A stretch of DNA of 64,000 bases from assembly GCA_017883235.1 (NCBI GenBank), contig JADGNY010000017.1, positions 585 through 64,584 of the forward strand, given 5' to 3'. This DNA is from Thermoanaerobaculia bacterium. GTDB taxonomy: Bacteria; Acidobacteriota; Thermoanaerobaculia; Gp7-AA8. The translations under genes were made by a program, and so were the position numbers. Under the pieces are notes generated by a model. That model was not told the DNA's origin. It worked only from the letters and a program-made list of their open reading frames with translations, and ran no database searches. Positions 1-9,054 of this stretch are shown in pieces (positions within the stretch are counted from its first letter, which is position 1; every line of letters begins with the position of its first letter).

Positions 1-591
1 CTCCGGCCGCATCTCCTGCAGCCAGTAGAGGAACGCCGCCAGGTTCTCCGCTTGCGGCCGCAGAAAGCGGTTGTCGTCGACATCGCTGGTTCCCTTCATG
101 GCGGCGACGTCGCTAGTGTCATGGAAGTGGTAGACGCGATAGCTTTCCAGGTCCCGCCTGATTCGTTCGTCTTCGAGATTCTTCAGCCTTGATTCCCTGG
201 TTGCTGATGCTATTGGCTGCTTCCACTTGAAAAAAGATTCCTCGTCGTTCCCGGAGGCCGTCTCACTGCCGATGAATACGTCGTCATCGCTTGTGCCCAG
301 GAGGTGGACAAGGTAACCGTCCGTGGTTTCACCGTCGGAAAACATGACCTCGATCGACATATCGGGCGACTGCCTTCGACCAAAGTAGAGCAGCGAGTCC
401 GCACCGCCTTTCATCGCGGTGTACTCGGCTAGCTTCTCGTCGACGATTGCGCGCAGGAAACGGAACACCTCGATCAGGTTCGATTTGCCCGAGCCGTTCC
501 CGCCGATGAAGATGTTCAGCGGTCCCAGCTTCAGGGTCTGCTCCCGGATCGACTTGAAGTTCCGGATCGTCAGTGTTTCGAGCGTGCGCAT
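1..591 (-). CDS. AAA15/ABC-type ATPase, N-terminal part (gene runs off left edge)
   Basis: My own translation of the minus strand from the ATG at 591-589 gives MRTLETLTIRNFKSIREQTLKLGPLNIFIGGNGSGKSNLIEVFRFL... with Walker A GGNGSGKS. It is absent from the ORF track because there is no stop codon inside the window. Confidence 0.75.
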   Translation of the reverse strand, partial: MRTLETLTIRNFKSIREQTLKLGPLNIFIGGNGSGKSNLIEVFRFLRAIVDEKLAEYTAMKGGADSLLYFGRRQSPDMSIEVMFSDGETTDGYLVHLLGTSDDDVFIGSETASGNDEESFFKWKQPIASATRESRLKNLEDERIRRDLESYRVYHFHDTSDVAAMKGTSDVDDNRFLRPQAENLAAFLYWLQEMRPE

Positions 592-627
592 GAGTGTCTT
601 CGCTGAGTATATGTGCTTGGCTACCGG

Positions 628-1392
628 TTAACTCGCGGGCAAACTGGCACTCTCCCTCGCCTCCCTCCTCGTCAGCAGCGGCGGCGGCCGCCACGCGTCG
701 AATTCCGGCGGAAGCAGTTGCAGGATCTCGCCGGCGCGCATGCCGTAGAGGTCGTAGTTGAAGTCGAGCTGTTGGATGACGGCGATCAGGCGGCGGAGGT
801 TGCCGGGGCGGCTGGGAGTCGTTGCGCCGCGTTTGGGGCGGTGGCGTTTCGTGTCCCAGTAGAGGAGATCGATCGCTTCGATGAGGCCCTTGTTCGTGAT
901 GAGATCGCGGCGGAAGCCGAGGTCGTAGATGAAGGCACCGTGCTGGTGGACGGGGGGATGGAGGAGCAGCCGCGCGTTCTGGCGGTGCAGGGTGAAGAGT
1001 CGGTACGGGCCGGCGAGAAGATGGCGGCCTCGCTGCCAGCCGCCGCTCTCGGTGGTGGGGATGTAGTGATAGTCCTCGCGCGGGCGGCGTTTCCCGCTCG
1101 CGTCGATGGGCGAGAGCTGATCGAAGTAGAAGAGGGCCAGCCAGCTCCAAAGGCCGGCATCGTCTTCCGGTGCGGGCACATCCGCCAGGACGCCTGCAAG
1201 ATATTCAGCGGCGTCGAACTTCGTGGCGAACGTACGCGGCTTGATCTCGACCGCACGAGGAAGGGCGGTCGAATAGTCGTCGAGGTAGAGGATGGCTGGA
1301 CTCCCCTGAAACTCCTCGCCGTCGCGGATGCGCTGCAGGAATCCGCGGAGCTCCTCGATTCCTTTGGCGTTGAGGCTTCGGAGTTTCGTCAT
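628..1392 (-). CDS. hypothetical protein, 254 aa, no family recognised
   Basis: ORF 628..1734 trimmed to the ATG at 1392 (MTKLRSLNAKGIEEL...). This ATG shares one base with the TGA of the upstream gene (TGATG). Residue composition looks protein-like. Confidence 0.6.
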   Translation of the reverse strand: MTKLRSLNAKGIEELRGFLQRIRDGEEFQGSPAILYLDDYSTALPRAVEIKPRTFATKFDAAEYLAGVLADVPAPEDDAGLWSWLALFYFDQLSPIDASGKRRPREDYHYIPTTESGGWQRGRHLLAGPYRLFTLHRQNARLLLHPPVHQHGAFIYDLGFRRDLITNKGLIEAIDLLYWDTKRHRPKRGATTPSRPGNLRRLIAVIQQLDFNYDLYGMRAGEILQLLPPEFDAWRPPPLLTRREARESASLPAS

Positions 1393-2138
1393 CAGCGTTC
1401 CCGTCGCGCCGCGCGCCATCCATCGATCAGTGTCTGCCGGTTGCAGAACGCGTCGACCACGTCGTCGATCCAGTACGGCGCCTCGTCCGCGTCGGCCGGC
1501 AGCGGAGAGGTCGCGTATTGCCCGGCCCACTGCAGCCAGAAGTTCCACCACTCGTCGCCTGCCTCGTGCGCATCGTGCGCATCGATCAGTAGGATCTGCG
1601 TGAGCACCTGCCGCACGGCGGCCGGATAGACGAGAGCGAGGAATGCGGCATCGGACCTGGCGACGTCCTGGATATCGTCGACGCGGTTGTTCAGCTCGAG
1701 CACCGGGCCGTTCGGTTCGAAGGCGATTCGCCACGCCTGCTGGCCCAGCGCGCCGGTGAAGCTGACCGGCAGCAACGGCAGCCGTCCGGTGGCCTCCGGC
1801 TTCTGTTCCGAAACGACGATGTCGTCGGCGACCGCGACGACGCGATGCTCGTCATCGACCAGCTTCACGCGGAAGTGAACGAGGCTGGTGCTGTCGATCT
1901 CAGTCAGACGGCGGTCATCGGGAGGAGCGAAGTGCGCGACCGAGCCGCAGTCGAAGCGCATGAACGACGTCCGGTAGTAAGCCTCGATGAAGACGCGCGT
2001 GGTGGGAGCGGCGCCGATGTCGTCGAAGGAAAGGCGCGGATCGAAGACCAGCGTGCCGTCGGCGTCGCGCCGCAGCGTCACGCGGATGTTGGCGCGCGGA
2101 ATGCGGGCGCGTTCAGTGAAGTTCAGTTTCCGCAGCAT
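1392..2138 (-). CDS. hypothetical protein, 248 aa, no family recognised
   Basis: ORF-track product MLRKLNFTERARIP.... The ATG at 2138 lies 26 nt inside the 3' end of the GHKL ATPase gene, which suggests translational coupling. Confidence 0.6.
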   Translation of the reverse strand: MLRKLNFTERARIPRANIRVTLRRDADGTLVFDPRLSFDDIGAAPTTRVFIEAYYRTSFMRFDCGSVAHFAPPDDRRLTEIDSTSLVHFRVKLVDDEHRVVAVADDIVVSEQKPEATGRLPLLPVSFTGALGQQAWRIAFEPNGPVLELNNRVDDIQDVARSDAAFLALVYPAAVRQVLTQILLIDAHDAHEAGDEWWNFWLQWAGQYATSPLPADADEAPYWIDDVVDAFCNRQTLIDGWRAARRER

Positions 2139-4044
2139 TGTCAGGATCGTGCAGGGGATCGTGCAGGCGGACGACGAGGTCGCGCCGCGGATCGAATCCT
2201 TTCATCGAGACCAGGAACTTCGCCGACGACGGGACCAGCTCGAAGGCATTGACCGACGTCGGCCGCAGGCGGACGCCGTCGGCCTGCACGGTAATGCCGC
2301 CGTCGGACGTCAGATCGAAATCGAACGGGCTGTGCTTGCGGAAGGGATTGCCGGCGCGGACGCGGTAGGCGATCTCGCCGCGCAGCGGGCGGCCGACCAT
2401 GGCCGGGTCGGATGCCTTGATGGTAAAGCCGCCCTCGATCCGGGCGATGGTGACGCCGCCCGATCCCGGCGCTGCATCGGTTGAGGCGGTGCCTGGCTTG
2501 CTCTCCCCGGCGGCGGCGCGTACCGGAGCCGGAGCCATGACATCGTCGTGCAGCGACTCTTCCGGCACGTCGATAGAGAAGAGATCGGCCAGGAAATCGC
2601 GAACGCGGCCGGCGGGCGGGCGGGACAACAGCGAGGTCAGGAACGACGCGCTGTTCTTCACGAAACGAAGCGTGTATGGACCGTGGTCGTACAGCGTGCG
2701 GACCTTGTCGGCGCGCTCGGACCAGTCGGTATGCGCGGGGTTTTCGGCGTCGCCGAGGAAGGTGGAAAGGGCCTGATCGTCGATGACGATGAGAGCGCGG
2801 GCGGCCTTTTCGGCGCTTACACGCACGTCCGGGATGGTGATGCCGCGGCGGATGAATCGATGCTCGCCCTTGCGAAGCGCGTCGTCGTGCTCGAGGTAGA
2901 CGTCGAACCAGGAGCTGGCCGCGCGGACGCGTTTGCGCTTGACCAGAATGGGAACGCGGAAGGCGATGCGCTCGCCGGAGCTGAAGCGCTCGCGCAGCGA
3001 GGCGAGCGTCGCCGCTTCGAGGATCGATTCGTCCCATTTCGGTGCGGCGGCGTCACGCTCCGGGAGGACGATTCGCGCGTCGTCATTCTGGGCCAGCGAC
3101 CAGCGGGTGAGCGCGCAGAGCCTTGCGGCGCTGTCGTTGTTTATCGATAGGTTTTCGATCGTTTCGGCGTCGATTCGCAGGCTTCGCGCGGCGTCGACGA
3201 CATCGACTGTCAGATCGCCGCGCAGGATCGGATAGAAATATTGCCGCACCACCGAGTCGGTGACGCGCTCGGGCGACAGCTCGTCGTCGCGGAAGTAGGG
3301 CACCACGATGGAGAGGCCGGGCTCGATGCGGTTGACGCCGAAGTCGTCGGCGAAGCGCTCGAGCAGGATGGGATCCTCGATCGGCAGCGGCTGGCCGTTG
3401 CGCTTTTCGAATCGCGCGAAGAAGCCGTAGGGATAGATCCGCTGGCCGTCGAGGACGTGCGTCTTCAGAACGGACTGTCCGAGGAGGAGGGCGCGATTGT
3501 CGTCGAAACGGCGGGTGATGCCGAAGATTGTGCGGTTGCGCGAGGCGACGGTGAAGACCGCCTTGCCGAGTCCCCAGCGGCCGCGGTCGACGTCGCCCTT
3601 GCTGGAGCGGCCGACGTTGCGCCAGAAGTAGTAGAAGTCATTTTTCCGCTCCTCGCCGGGGTGGTCGAGCTCCGGATCGGCCCGAGGATCCCCGGTGAGG
3701 CCGCGCGTTCCGGAGTCTTCGATGAGGAGATAGGGAACGGCTTCGTCGTCCCGCGGCAGGACGGTGTGAATCGACTTCGCCGCCGCCCGGAGGTGCCCCT
3801 CCAGTCCTTCGAAGTACTCTCTCACCCCCTCGGCGGGAAGCGCTTGGGCCCCCGACGCGAACCGGAACCGGACGCTCACCGGCGAGCGGCTTCGCGGCAG
3901 GCGGGCATCGAGCGAGTTCTGGATCGACTCGCGCACGAGCGCGTCGGCGAGGTCCTGCGCCTTGAAGAACTCGTCATGAACCGGATCGACGTGCACTTCG
4001 CCGGGGTCCATCGACCGGAAATGCCAGGGCGGAAAGCGGGACAT
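2113..4044 (-). CDS. GHKL (Bergerat-fold, MORC/Hsp90-like) ATPase with unassigned C-terminal half
   Basis: ORF 2113..4056 trimmed to the first ATG at 4044 (MSRFPPWHF...). Motifs seen: ESIQNSLDA (N box), IEDSGTRGL (G1) and GRWGLGKAVF (G2). The start lies 8 nt after the higA stop. Confidence 0.75.
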   Translation of the reverse strand: MSRFPPWHFRSMDPGEVHVDPVHDEFFKAQDLADALVRESIQNSLDARLPRSRSPVSVRFRFASGAQALPAEGVREYFEGLEGHLRAAAKSIHTVLPRDDEAVPYLLIEDSGTRGLTGDPRADPELDHPGEERKNDFYYFWRNVGRSSKGDVDRGRWGLGKAVFTVASRNRTIFGITRRFDDNRALLLGQSVLKTHVLDGQRIYPYGFFARFEKRNGQPLPIEDPILLERFADDFGVNRIEPGLSIVVPYFRDDELSPERVTDSVVRQYFYPILRGDLTVDVVDAARSLRIDAETIENLSINNDSAARLCALTRWSLAQNDDARIVLPERDAAAPKWDESILEAATLASLRERFSSGERIAFRVPILVKRKRVRAASSWFDVYLEHDDALRKGEHRFIRRGITIPDVRVSAEKAARALIVIDDQALSTFLGDAENPAHTDWSERADKVRTLYDHGPYTLRFVKNSASFLTSLLSRPPAGRVRDFLADLFSIDVPEESLHDDVMAPAPVRAAAGESKPGTASTDAAPGSGGVTIARIEGGFTIKASDPAMVGRPLRGEIAYRVRAGNPFRKHSPFDFDLTSDGGITVQADGVRLRPTSVNAFELVPSSAKFLVSMKGFDPRRDLVVRLHDPLHDPDNAAETELH

Positions 4045-4052
4045 TGCGGTGC

Positions 4053-4343
4053 TCAACTCGCTTTGCGCAAGGATGCGGGAAGTGACCGGAGGCGGGATGC
4101 GGCTCGATACAGATCGATGGCCCTTTGTGCATTGAGCCAGAACTCAGGAGTGGTCCTGAAGGTCGCGCCCAGCTTGAGCGCCATCTCCGCGGTCACCGAG
4201 GTTCTTCCATTCACGATGCGGTTGATGACCTTGACGTCACATCCAATGTGATCGGCGAGTTGCTTCTGCGTCATCGCCAGAGGCTCGAGAAACTCCTCGC
4301 GCAGGATCTCGCCCGGAGTCGTTGGCATTCTTCGATTCTTCAT
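4053..4343 (-). CDS. higA: HigA-family HTH (XRE) antitoxin
   Basis: Sequence PGEILREEFLEPLAMTQKQLADHIGCDVKVINRIVNGRTSVTAEMALKLGATFRTTPEFWLNAQ matches the HigA pattern. ATG at 4343 is preceded by GAGGAAG and lies 7 nt after the higB stop. Confidence 0.88.
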   Translation of the reverse strand: MKNRRMPTTPGEILREEFLEPLAMTQKQLADHIGCDVKVINRIVNGRTSVTAEMALKLGATFRTTPEFWLNAQRAIDLYRAASRLRSLPASLRKAS

Positions 4344-4350
4344 GGCTTCC

Positions 4351-4641
4351 TCAGTGGTAGTCGACGACATCAACATCTTCGGGGCCTGATTCCGACCAGC
4401 GAAAGACCACACGCCATTGGTCATTTACACGGATGCTGTGAAATCCAGCCCAACTTCCTTTCAGCGACTCGAGCCGGTTTCCAGGGGGTGAGCCGAGGTC
4501 TCGCAGATCGGCCGCGTAATCAAGCATGTCCAGCTTGCGGGCCACGATTCTCGCAAGGTTGATCCAGCCGAAGCGAGCGCTCGCGCGTCCTCTTTCAAAG
4601 AATTCGCGCACTCCTTCCCTGGCAAAGCTTCGAATCGCCAC
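4351..4641 (-). CDS. higB: HigB toxin (RelE/ParE superfamily, plasmid-maintenance killer type)
   Basis: 96 aa. The C-terminus NRLESLKGSWAGFHSIRVNDQWRVVFRWSESGPEDVDVVDYH matches the HigB signature, which ends in DYH. Confidence 0.88.
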   Translation of the reverse strand: MAIRSFAREGVREFFERGRASARFGWINLARIVARKLDMLDYAADLRDLGSPPGNRLESLKGSWAGFHSIRVNDQWRVVFRWSESGPEDVDVVDYH

Positions 4642-4652
4642 CGCTGCCGGTA

Positions 4653-4673
4653 GTATACCTTATAGAGGTATAC
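4653..4673. promoter_or_regulatory. candidate higBA operator palindrome
   Basis: GTATACC-N7-GGTATAC perfect 7-bp inverted repeat in an AT-rich patch, 12 nt upstream of the higB start codon. Confidence 0.4.
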
Positions 4674-4729
4674 CGACGAAGGTTCCTGGAAAACGCTTGG
4701 TTCCACTGCGTCTTCGACGACCTCTTCGA

Positions 4730-4990
4730 TCAGAACTTAACTTCCTGGCTCGATGCCCGCACGTTGCATGTCTCGCAGAGCCAGCCGTGGGAGGTGAGCT
4801 TGAATGGTCCCTCATTCTCGTCGCGGAACAGCGTTCGGGTTTCGTGGCACCAGTCGCAGCGGACGACATGCGGGTTGCCGAAGTGAGGATTGGCCTGCAG
4901 GAACGCCGCGGCCACCTCTTTTTCACCGGCGTTGAGGTCGTCGCTGCGGAGTACTTTTCCCGCCGTCGTTCGAACGATTTGTCGTGTCAT
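4730..4990 (-). CDS. small zinc-ribbon-like protein
   Basis: 86 aa with two CxxC pairs (CDWC...CETC). The start overlaps the stop of the GH130 gene (ATGA). Confidence 0.5.
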   Translation of the reverse strand: MTRQIVRTTAGKVLRSDDLNAGEKEVAAAFLQANPHFGNPHVVRCDWCHETRTLFRDENEGPFKLTSHGWLCETCNVRASSQEVKF

Positions 4991-5985
4991 GAAATCCTCC
5001 CATGCCGGTCGAGCCAGTCCAGAATCTCGCGGATGCTGCCGGTGGCCATGGCGATGCAGGTATCCGCGGCGCCGTAGTAAAGGTTCAGGGTGTCGCCGTC
5101 CGGTGCGACCGTGTAGCCGCAGGGGAAGGTGACGTTATTTACGTCGCCATGAGTCTCGTACGCAGCTTCCGGGCCGAAAACCCATTCGTCTCCGCGTAGG
5201 AGGAGCTCGGCCGGGTTTTCGAGATCGAAAAGAGCCACGCCGAGGCGGTAAAGACTGCCGGCGGGGTTGTAGCGGACGCCGTGGTAGAGCATGAGCCAAC
5301 CGTGAGTGGTCTCGATGAGCGGAGGGGAGAGACCGACTTTGTTGGCGTCCCACCAGCCGCCGCGGCGGGCGTGCAGCATCATGCGATGGCCGCCCCAGCT
5401 TCGCAGGTCAGGCGAATACGAGATCCAGATGTGGGCTCCGCCCTCGGCGATGGGACGGTGAACGAGCGCGTACATACCGTCGATGCGGCGCGGAAGCAGC
5501 GCGGCGTCTTTGTCGTCAGGCTGCATCACCAGGCCGCATCGCTCGAAGTGGATGAAGTCCTCGGTGAGCGCCAGCGAAACGCCGGGACCGCCTTTTCCAA
5601 ACGCGGTGTAGGCGACGGCGTATCGGCCGAGCTCCTCGACCCACGTAATCCGCGGGTCTTCCACGCCCCACAACTCCTCGGGATGGTTCTCGGGATCGGC
5701 GGGGAAGGTGGGATGGGGATCGATGATCCAGTCTCTCACTCCGTCATTCGATCGCGCCGCGCAGAGATGGGACCGTCCGGTGCGATCCTCGACGCGGCAT
5801 AGCAGGAGCGTGGTGCCGTCACGAAGCAGCGTTGCGCCGGCGTTGAAGACGGTGTGGACCGGATACGGCCAGTCAGCCGCGGTGAGAATCGGGTTGGTCT
5901 CGGTGCGATGGAAAAGGGTTTCGTACGTGATGACGGCGGACGGGACGCCGGCGGTTCCAGGGTCTGGATCTCGATGAACAGTCAC
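4987..5985 (-). CDS. GH130-family glycosidase/phosphorylase (DUF377-type beta-propeller)
   Basis: 332 aa. The NPILTAADWPYPVHTVFNAGATLLRDGTTLLLCRVED... pattern and overall length are typical of GH130. There is a 4-nt overlap with the upstream glycosyltransferase gene. Confidence 0.8.
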   Translation of the reverse strand: MTVHRDPDPGTAGVPSAVITYETLFHRTETNPILTAADWPYPVHTVFNAGATLLRDGTTLLLCRVEDRTGRSHLCAARSNDGVRDWIIDPHPTFPADPENHPEELWGVEDPRITWVEELGRYAVAYTAFGKGGPGVSLALTEDFIHFERCGLVMQPDDKDAALLPRRIDGMYALVHRPIAEGGAHIWISYSPDLRSWGGHRMMLHARRGGWWDANKVGLSPPLIETTHGWLMLYHGVRYNPAGSLYRLGVALFDLENPAELLLRGDEWVFGPEAAYETHGDVNNVTFPCGYTVAPDGDTLNLYYGAADTCIAMATGSIREILDWLDRHGRIS

Positions 5986-8288
5986 TGGCGCACCGCCACG
6001 AGTACCTCGGCCTGTGCGCTCAGCGGCAACTGCACCGCGTTCCTCCGCACCTCGTCCGCGCGCATTTCCATCAGCGCAAGAAGAAAGGAGAGCGTCGATT
6101 CCGCCCCTTCGTTTTCATTCACGCGATCAACGTGCAGAGCGTCGCGGCAACCGCCCGTCAGCGGATCGTAGAGCGCCTGGTGCAATTGGTTCTGACCGAG
6201 AAACCAGGTGAAGGCGCGGCGCGCGTGGCCGGTCCAGCGATGATCGCCGGTCGTTCGAAATGCGTGCATGCAGGCCGCCACCGTGGCGCAAGCCTCGACC
6301 GGCTGCTGATCGAACGTCGCCGCGGTCGTGCCGCGCTCGAAGAAGCCATTCGTCCCGACGGGGGCGAAGTATCCTTCGTCGGTCCGTTGGATCGTCGTCA
6401 GCCACTCGAGGGATCGAAGGCCGACCGCTTTCATGTCGTCATCGCCGGTCCAGGATGCGGTGACGATCAACGCCTGCGGTAGCCGCGCGTTGCAGTAGGT
6501 GACGCTGTTCTCGAACCAGGGCCATTCCGGTTGATCGGTACGGCGGAAAAGGCTCAGCAGGCGCTCGGCGATTGCACGGCCTTCCGCCTGTACGCTGCGA
6601 TCGCCTTCGAACGCACGCAGATATTGCTCGATCCCCAGGAGTGCGAATGCCCAGGCGCGCGGACTGCTGAAGCCTGATACGGCAGGGAGCGCGGCATGGA
6701 ACAGTGCTCCGGCCAGACTGTGCCGTCCCGGATCGACGGAGCATCCGACGACGGTTCCCAGCGCCCACAGCGCCCGGCCGTGGCTATCCTCGGAACCTTG
6801 TTCTTCACGCCAGAGCCGGGAGTGCGACATGAAGTTCCGGAACCGTCCCAGCGGACGGTTGAAGGCGTGGCTGACGAATGCCAGGTAGCGCGATGCCAGC
6901 GTGCGCACGATTTTCGGATCGTTCGATCCCGCGTCTTCCAGGAGTGTCATCAGCAGCAGGGCGCGGGCGTTGTCGTCGAGGCAGTAGCCTTCGTCGTAGC
7001 GCGGGACGTTGAAGATGGCGTGCTGCAGCATGCCGGTGTCGTCGGTCATGACGCCGACGTGATCGAGATTGACCTGCGGCAGTTCGGCCGGCCGCGTGGC
7101 CAGCGTGCTGGCGCGGAATGCCGTCCGCAGCCGCTGCGCGTGCTCGACGCGGGCGCGCTCGAACGTCGTCAGATACGACTGGGCGACGGCGGGCCAGAGC
7201 ATCGCCTGCCCATGTGCAGCCGCGCGCAGGCGCATGGCCATGCGTTTCTCCGGATCGTCGAGCAGTCCGATGATCTCGGAGCCGATGGCCGAGGCATCCC
7301 GCCACGGCACGAGGATGCCGCGGTTGCCGGCGAGCAGCTCCTTGGCGTACGGATACGGCGTGGAGATGACGGCCTTTCCCGCGCCAAGCGCGTAGGCCAG
7401 CGTCCCCGAGGTGATCTGTTCGGGATTGAGATAGGGCGTGATGTAGATGTCGGCCGCTGCGAGAAACTCGCACAGCTCGGACTGGCTGACGAAGCGATTG
7501 TGAAAGATGACACTGCCGTCGACGCCGAGTCGCTTTGCCCGTTCTTCGAGCATGAGCCGGTAGCTCTCGCCGTGGCGTTCGATGATGTGCGGATGCGTCG
7601 CGCCGAGGACGATGTAGACGGCGTCGGGGTAGTGGGAAAGGATCGTCGGAAGGGCATCGATGACGTACTCGATCCCCTTGTCGGGCGAGAGCAGCCCGAA
7701 GGTGAGAATGAGTGGCCGCCCTTCCACGCCGAGACGGTCCTTGCTGCCGGAGAACGGAACGTTAGGGATCCCGTGCGGGATCATGTCGATCTTCTGTGCG
7801 GGGACGCCGTGTACGTCGCGGAGGATCTCCGCGCTGCCGTCGGTCATGACCACCAGGCGATCTGAGATCGTGGTGAGCTCGTCCATCACGCGCCGTTGAT
7901 GGGGATTCGGCGCCTGGAGGATGGTGTGAAGCGTCGTCACGATGGGCATGCGAAGCTCGCGCAGCAGCGTCAACAGATGGCTTCCGGCCTTGCCGCCGAA
8001 GATTCCGTACTCGTGCTGCACGGAGATGACGTCGACGGCATTCACGTTCAGGAAGTCGGCCGCGCGGGTGTAGGCGCCGAGGTCGTTGTCGGCCAGCTCG
8101 AAGCGAACGCGGGACGGATAGGCGTGCTGCCGCAGTCCGTCGTTCATGGCCAGGACGAAGCAGTCGAGGTCCGGCCCGGCGGCGGCGATGGCGTCGCTCA
8201 GGTGGGTGGTGAATGTGGCGATGCCGCAGTGGCGCGGCAGGTGATTGCCGAGCAGCGCCACGCGGCGGATGGTCGTTTCCTCAGGCAT
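5982..8288 (-). CDS. family-4 (GT-B) glycosyltransferase fused to an (alpha/alpha)6-barrel-like C-terminal domain
   Basis: 768 aa. The N-terminal ~390 aa looks like GT4 (RVALLGNHLPRHCGIATFT..., ..ADIYITPYLNPEQITSGTLAYALGAGKAVIST..). The C-terminal ~370 aa looks like a six-hairpin glycosidase-like domain; this second call is weaker. Confidence 0.8.
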   Translation of the reverse strand: MPEETTIRRVALLGNHLPRHCGIATFTTHLSDAIAAAGPDLDCFVLAMNDGLRQHAYPSRVRFELADNDLGAYTRAADFLNVNAVDVISVQHEYGIFGGKAGSHLLTLLRELRMPIVTTLHTILQAPNPHQRRVMDELTTISDRLVVMTDGSAEILRDVHGVPAQKIDMIPHGIPNVPFSGSKDRLGVEGRPLILTFGLLSPDKGIEYVIDALPTILSHYPDAVYIVLGATHPHIIERHGESYRLMLEERAKRLGVDGSVIFHNRFVSQSELCEFLAAADIYITPYLNPEQITSGTLAYALGAGKAVISTPYPYAKELLAGNRGILVPWRDASAIGSEIIGLLDDPEKRMAMRLRAAAHGQAMLWPAVAQSYLTTFERARVEHAQRLRTAFRASTLATRPAELPQVNLDHVGVMTDDTGMLQHAIFNVPRYDEGYCLDDNARALLLMTLLEDAGSNDPKIVRTLASRYLAFVSHAFNRPLGRFRNFMSHSRLWREEQGSEDSHGRALWALGTVVGCSVDPGRHSLAGALFHAALPAVSGFSSPRAWAFALLGIEQYLRAFEGDRSVQAEGRAIAERLLSLFRRTDQPEWPWFENSVTYCNARLPQALIVTASWTGDDDMKAVGLRSLEWLTTIQRTDEGYFAPVGTNGFFERGTTAATFDQQPVEACATVAACMHAFRTTGDHRWTGHARRAFTWFLGQNQLHQALYDPLTGGCRDALHVDRVNENEGAESTLSFLLALMEMRADEVRRNAVQLPLSAQAEVLVAVRQ

Positions 8289-8306
8289 GCCTCTTCCCTT
8301 CGCCCT

Positions 8307-8738
8307 TCATGCTGCCGGCGCGGCGACGGCCGCCTCGATGGCGCGGCGCGGGGGCATCATCATGTGCCAGCGCGTCACGACGTCATTCGCGATCACGAAC
8401 TCGAATACCTGGCTGAAGCAGCGCAGGCGCAGGACTTTGCCGCCGTCGACGGCGAGGCCGGTGGCGAGCTGCGTGTCGTATTCGATTTCGCGGACCCACT
8501 GCAGGTCGAGTGAGGCCTGCATGTCGGAGTTTTCGTAGAAGAACATCGACTGGGTGACGGCCAGTGCGACCGGCAGATGCCGGGTTCCTTCGACGAATTC
8601 GCCCGGGCTGACCATGCGCGAGGTGGCGCGGCGCTTGTCGTTGAGCTGCGCGATCCGATCGGTCCCGAGCCGGCGATAAAGGGTCCATCCCAGAATGGCA
8701 ACGGCGATGAAGGCCGCGATCGACAGGTACGTCATCAT
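8307..8738 (-). CDS. membrane-anchored hypothetical protein
   Basis: 143 aa with an N-terminal transmembrane helix (YLSIAAFIAVAILGWTLY) followed by a soluble domain. Confidence 0.55.
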   Translation of the reverse strand: MMTYLSIAAFIAVAILGWTLYRRLGTDRIAQLNDKRRATSRMVSPGEFVEGTRHLPVALAVTQSMFFYENSDMQASLDLQWVREIEYDTQLATGLAVDGGKVLRLRCFSQVFEFVIANDVVTRWHMMMPPRRAIEAAVAAPAA

Positions 8739-8808
8739 GAAGTGCTCCTTTTCGTACGTGGAGCGCGGCAGCAGGGCCGCCGCGCTCCGGGACTGCCTTA
8801 AGCTGCGG

Positions 8809-9054
8809 TCAGAGGCGCGGCTTGGATTCGTTGACCTTCAGCGCCTGACCGTTGACGTCGCGGCCGTCGAGTCCGGTGATGGCCGCGCGGGCCTCGTCGT
8901 CATTGCTGAAGTCGATGAAGCCGAAACCCTTCGATTCGCCGGACTTACGCTCGACGGCGACGTTGGCCGAGATGAGCTTGCCGAAGGGGATGGCCAGATC
9001 GTTGAGCTGGGCATCGGTGACCTGTTTGGAGAGATTTCCCACGTAAAGTTTCAT
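8809..9054 (-). CDS. RRM-type RNA-binding protein
   Basis: 81 aa. RNP2 LYVGNL and RNP1 KGFGFIDF motifs are present. GGAG lies upstream of the ATG. Confidence 0.9.
   Translation of the reverse strand: MKLYVGNLSKQVTDAQLNDLAIPFGKLISANVAVERKSGESKGFGFIDFSNDDEARAAITGLDGRDVNGQALKVNESKPRL

Noticed and set aside
329-1734. Several 150-340-aa ORFs (329..1150, 613..1629, 786..1256, and the N-terminal extension of 628..1734)
   Set aside because: They have biased Arg/Pro/Ala composition and overlap better-supported frames. The 628..1734 ORF was trimmed to the ATG at 1392, which abuts the upstream stop.
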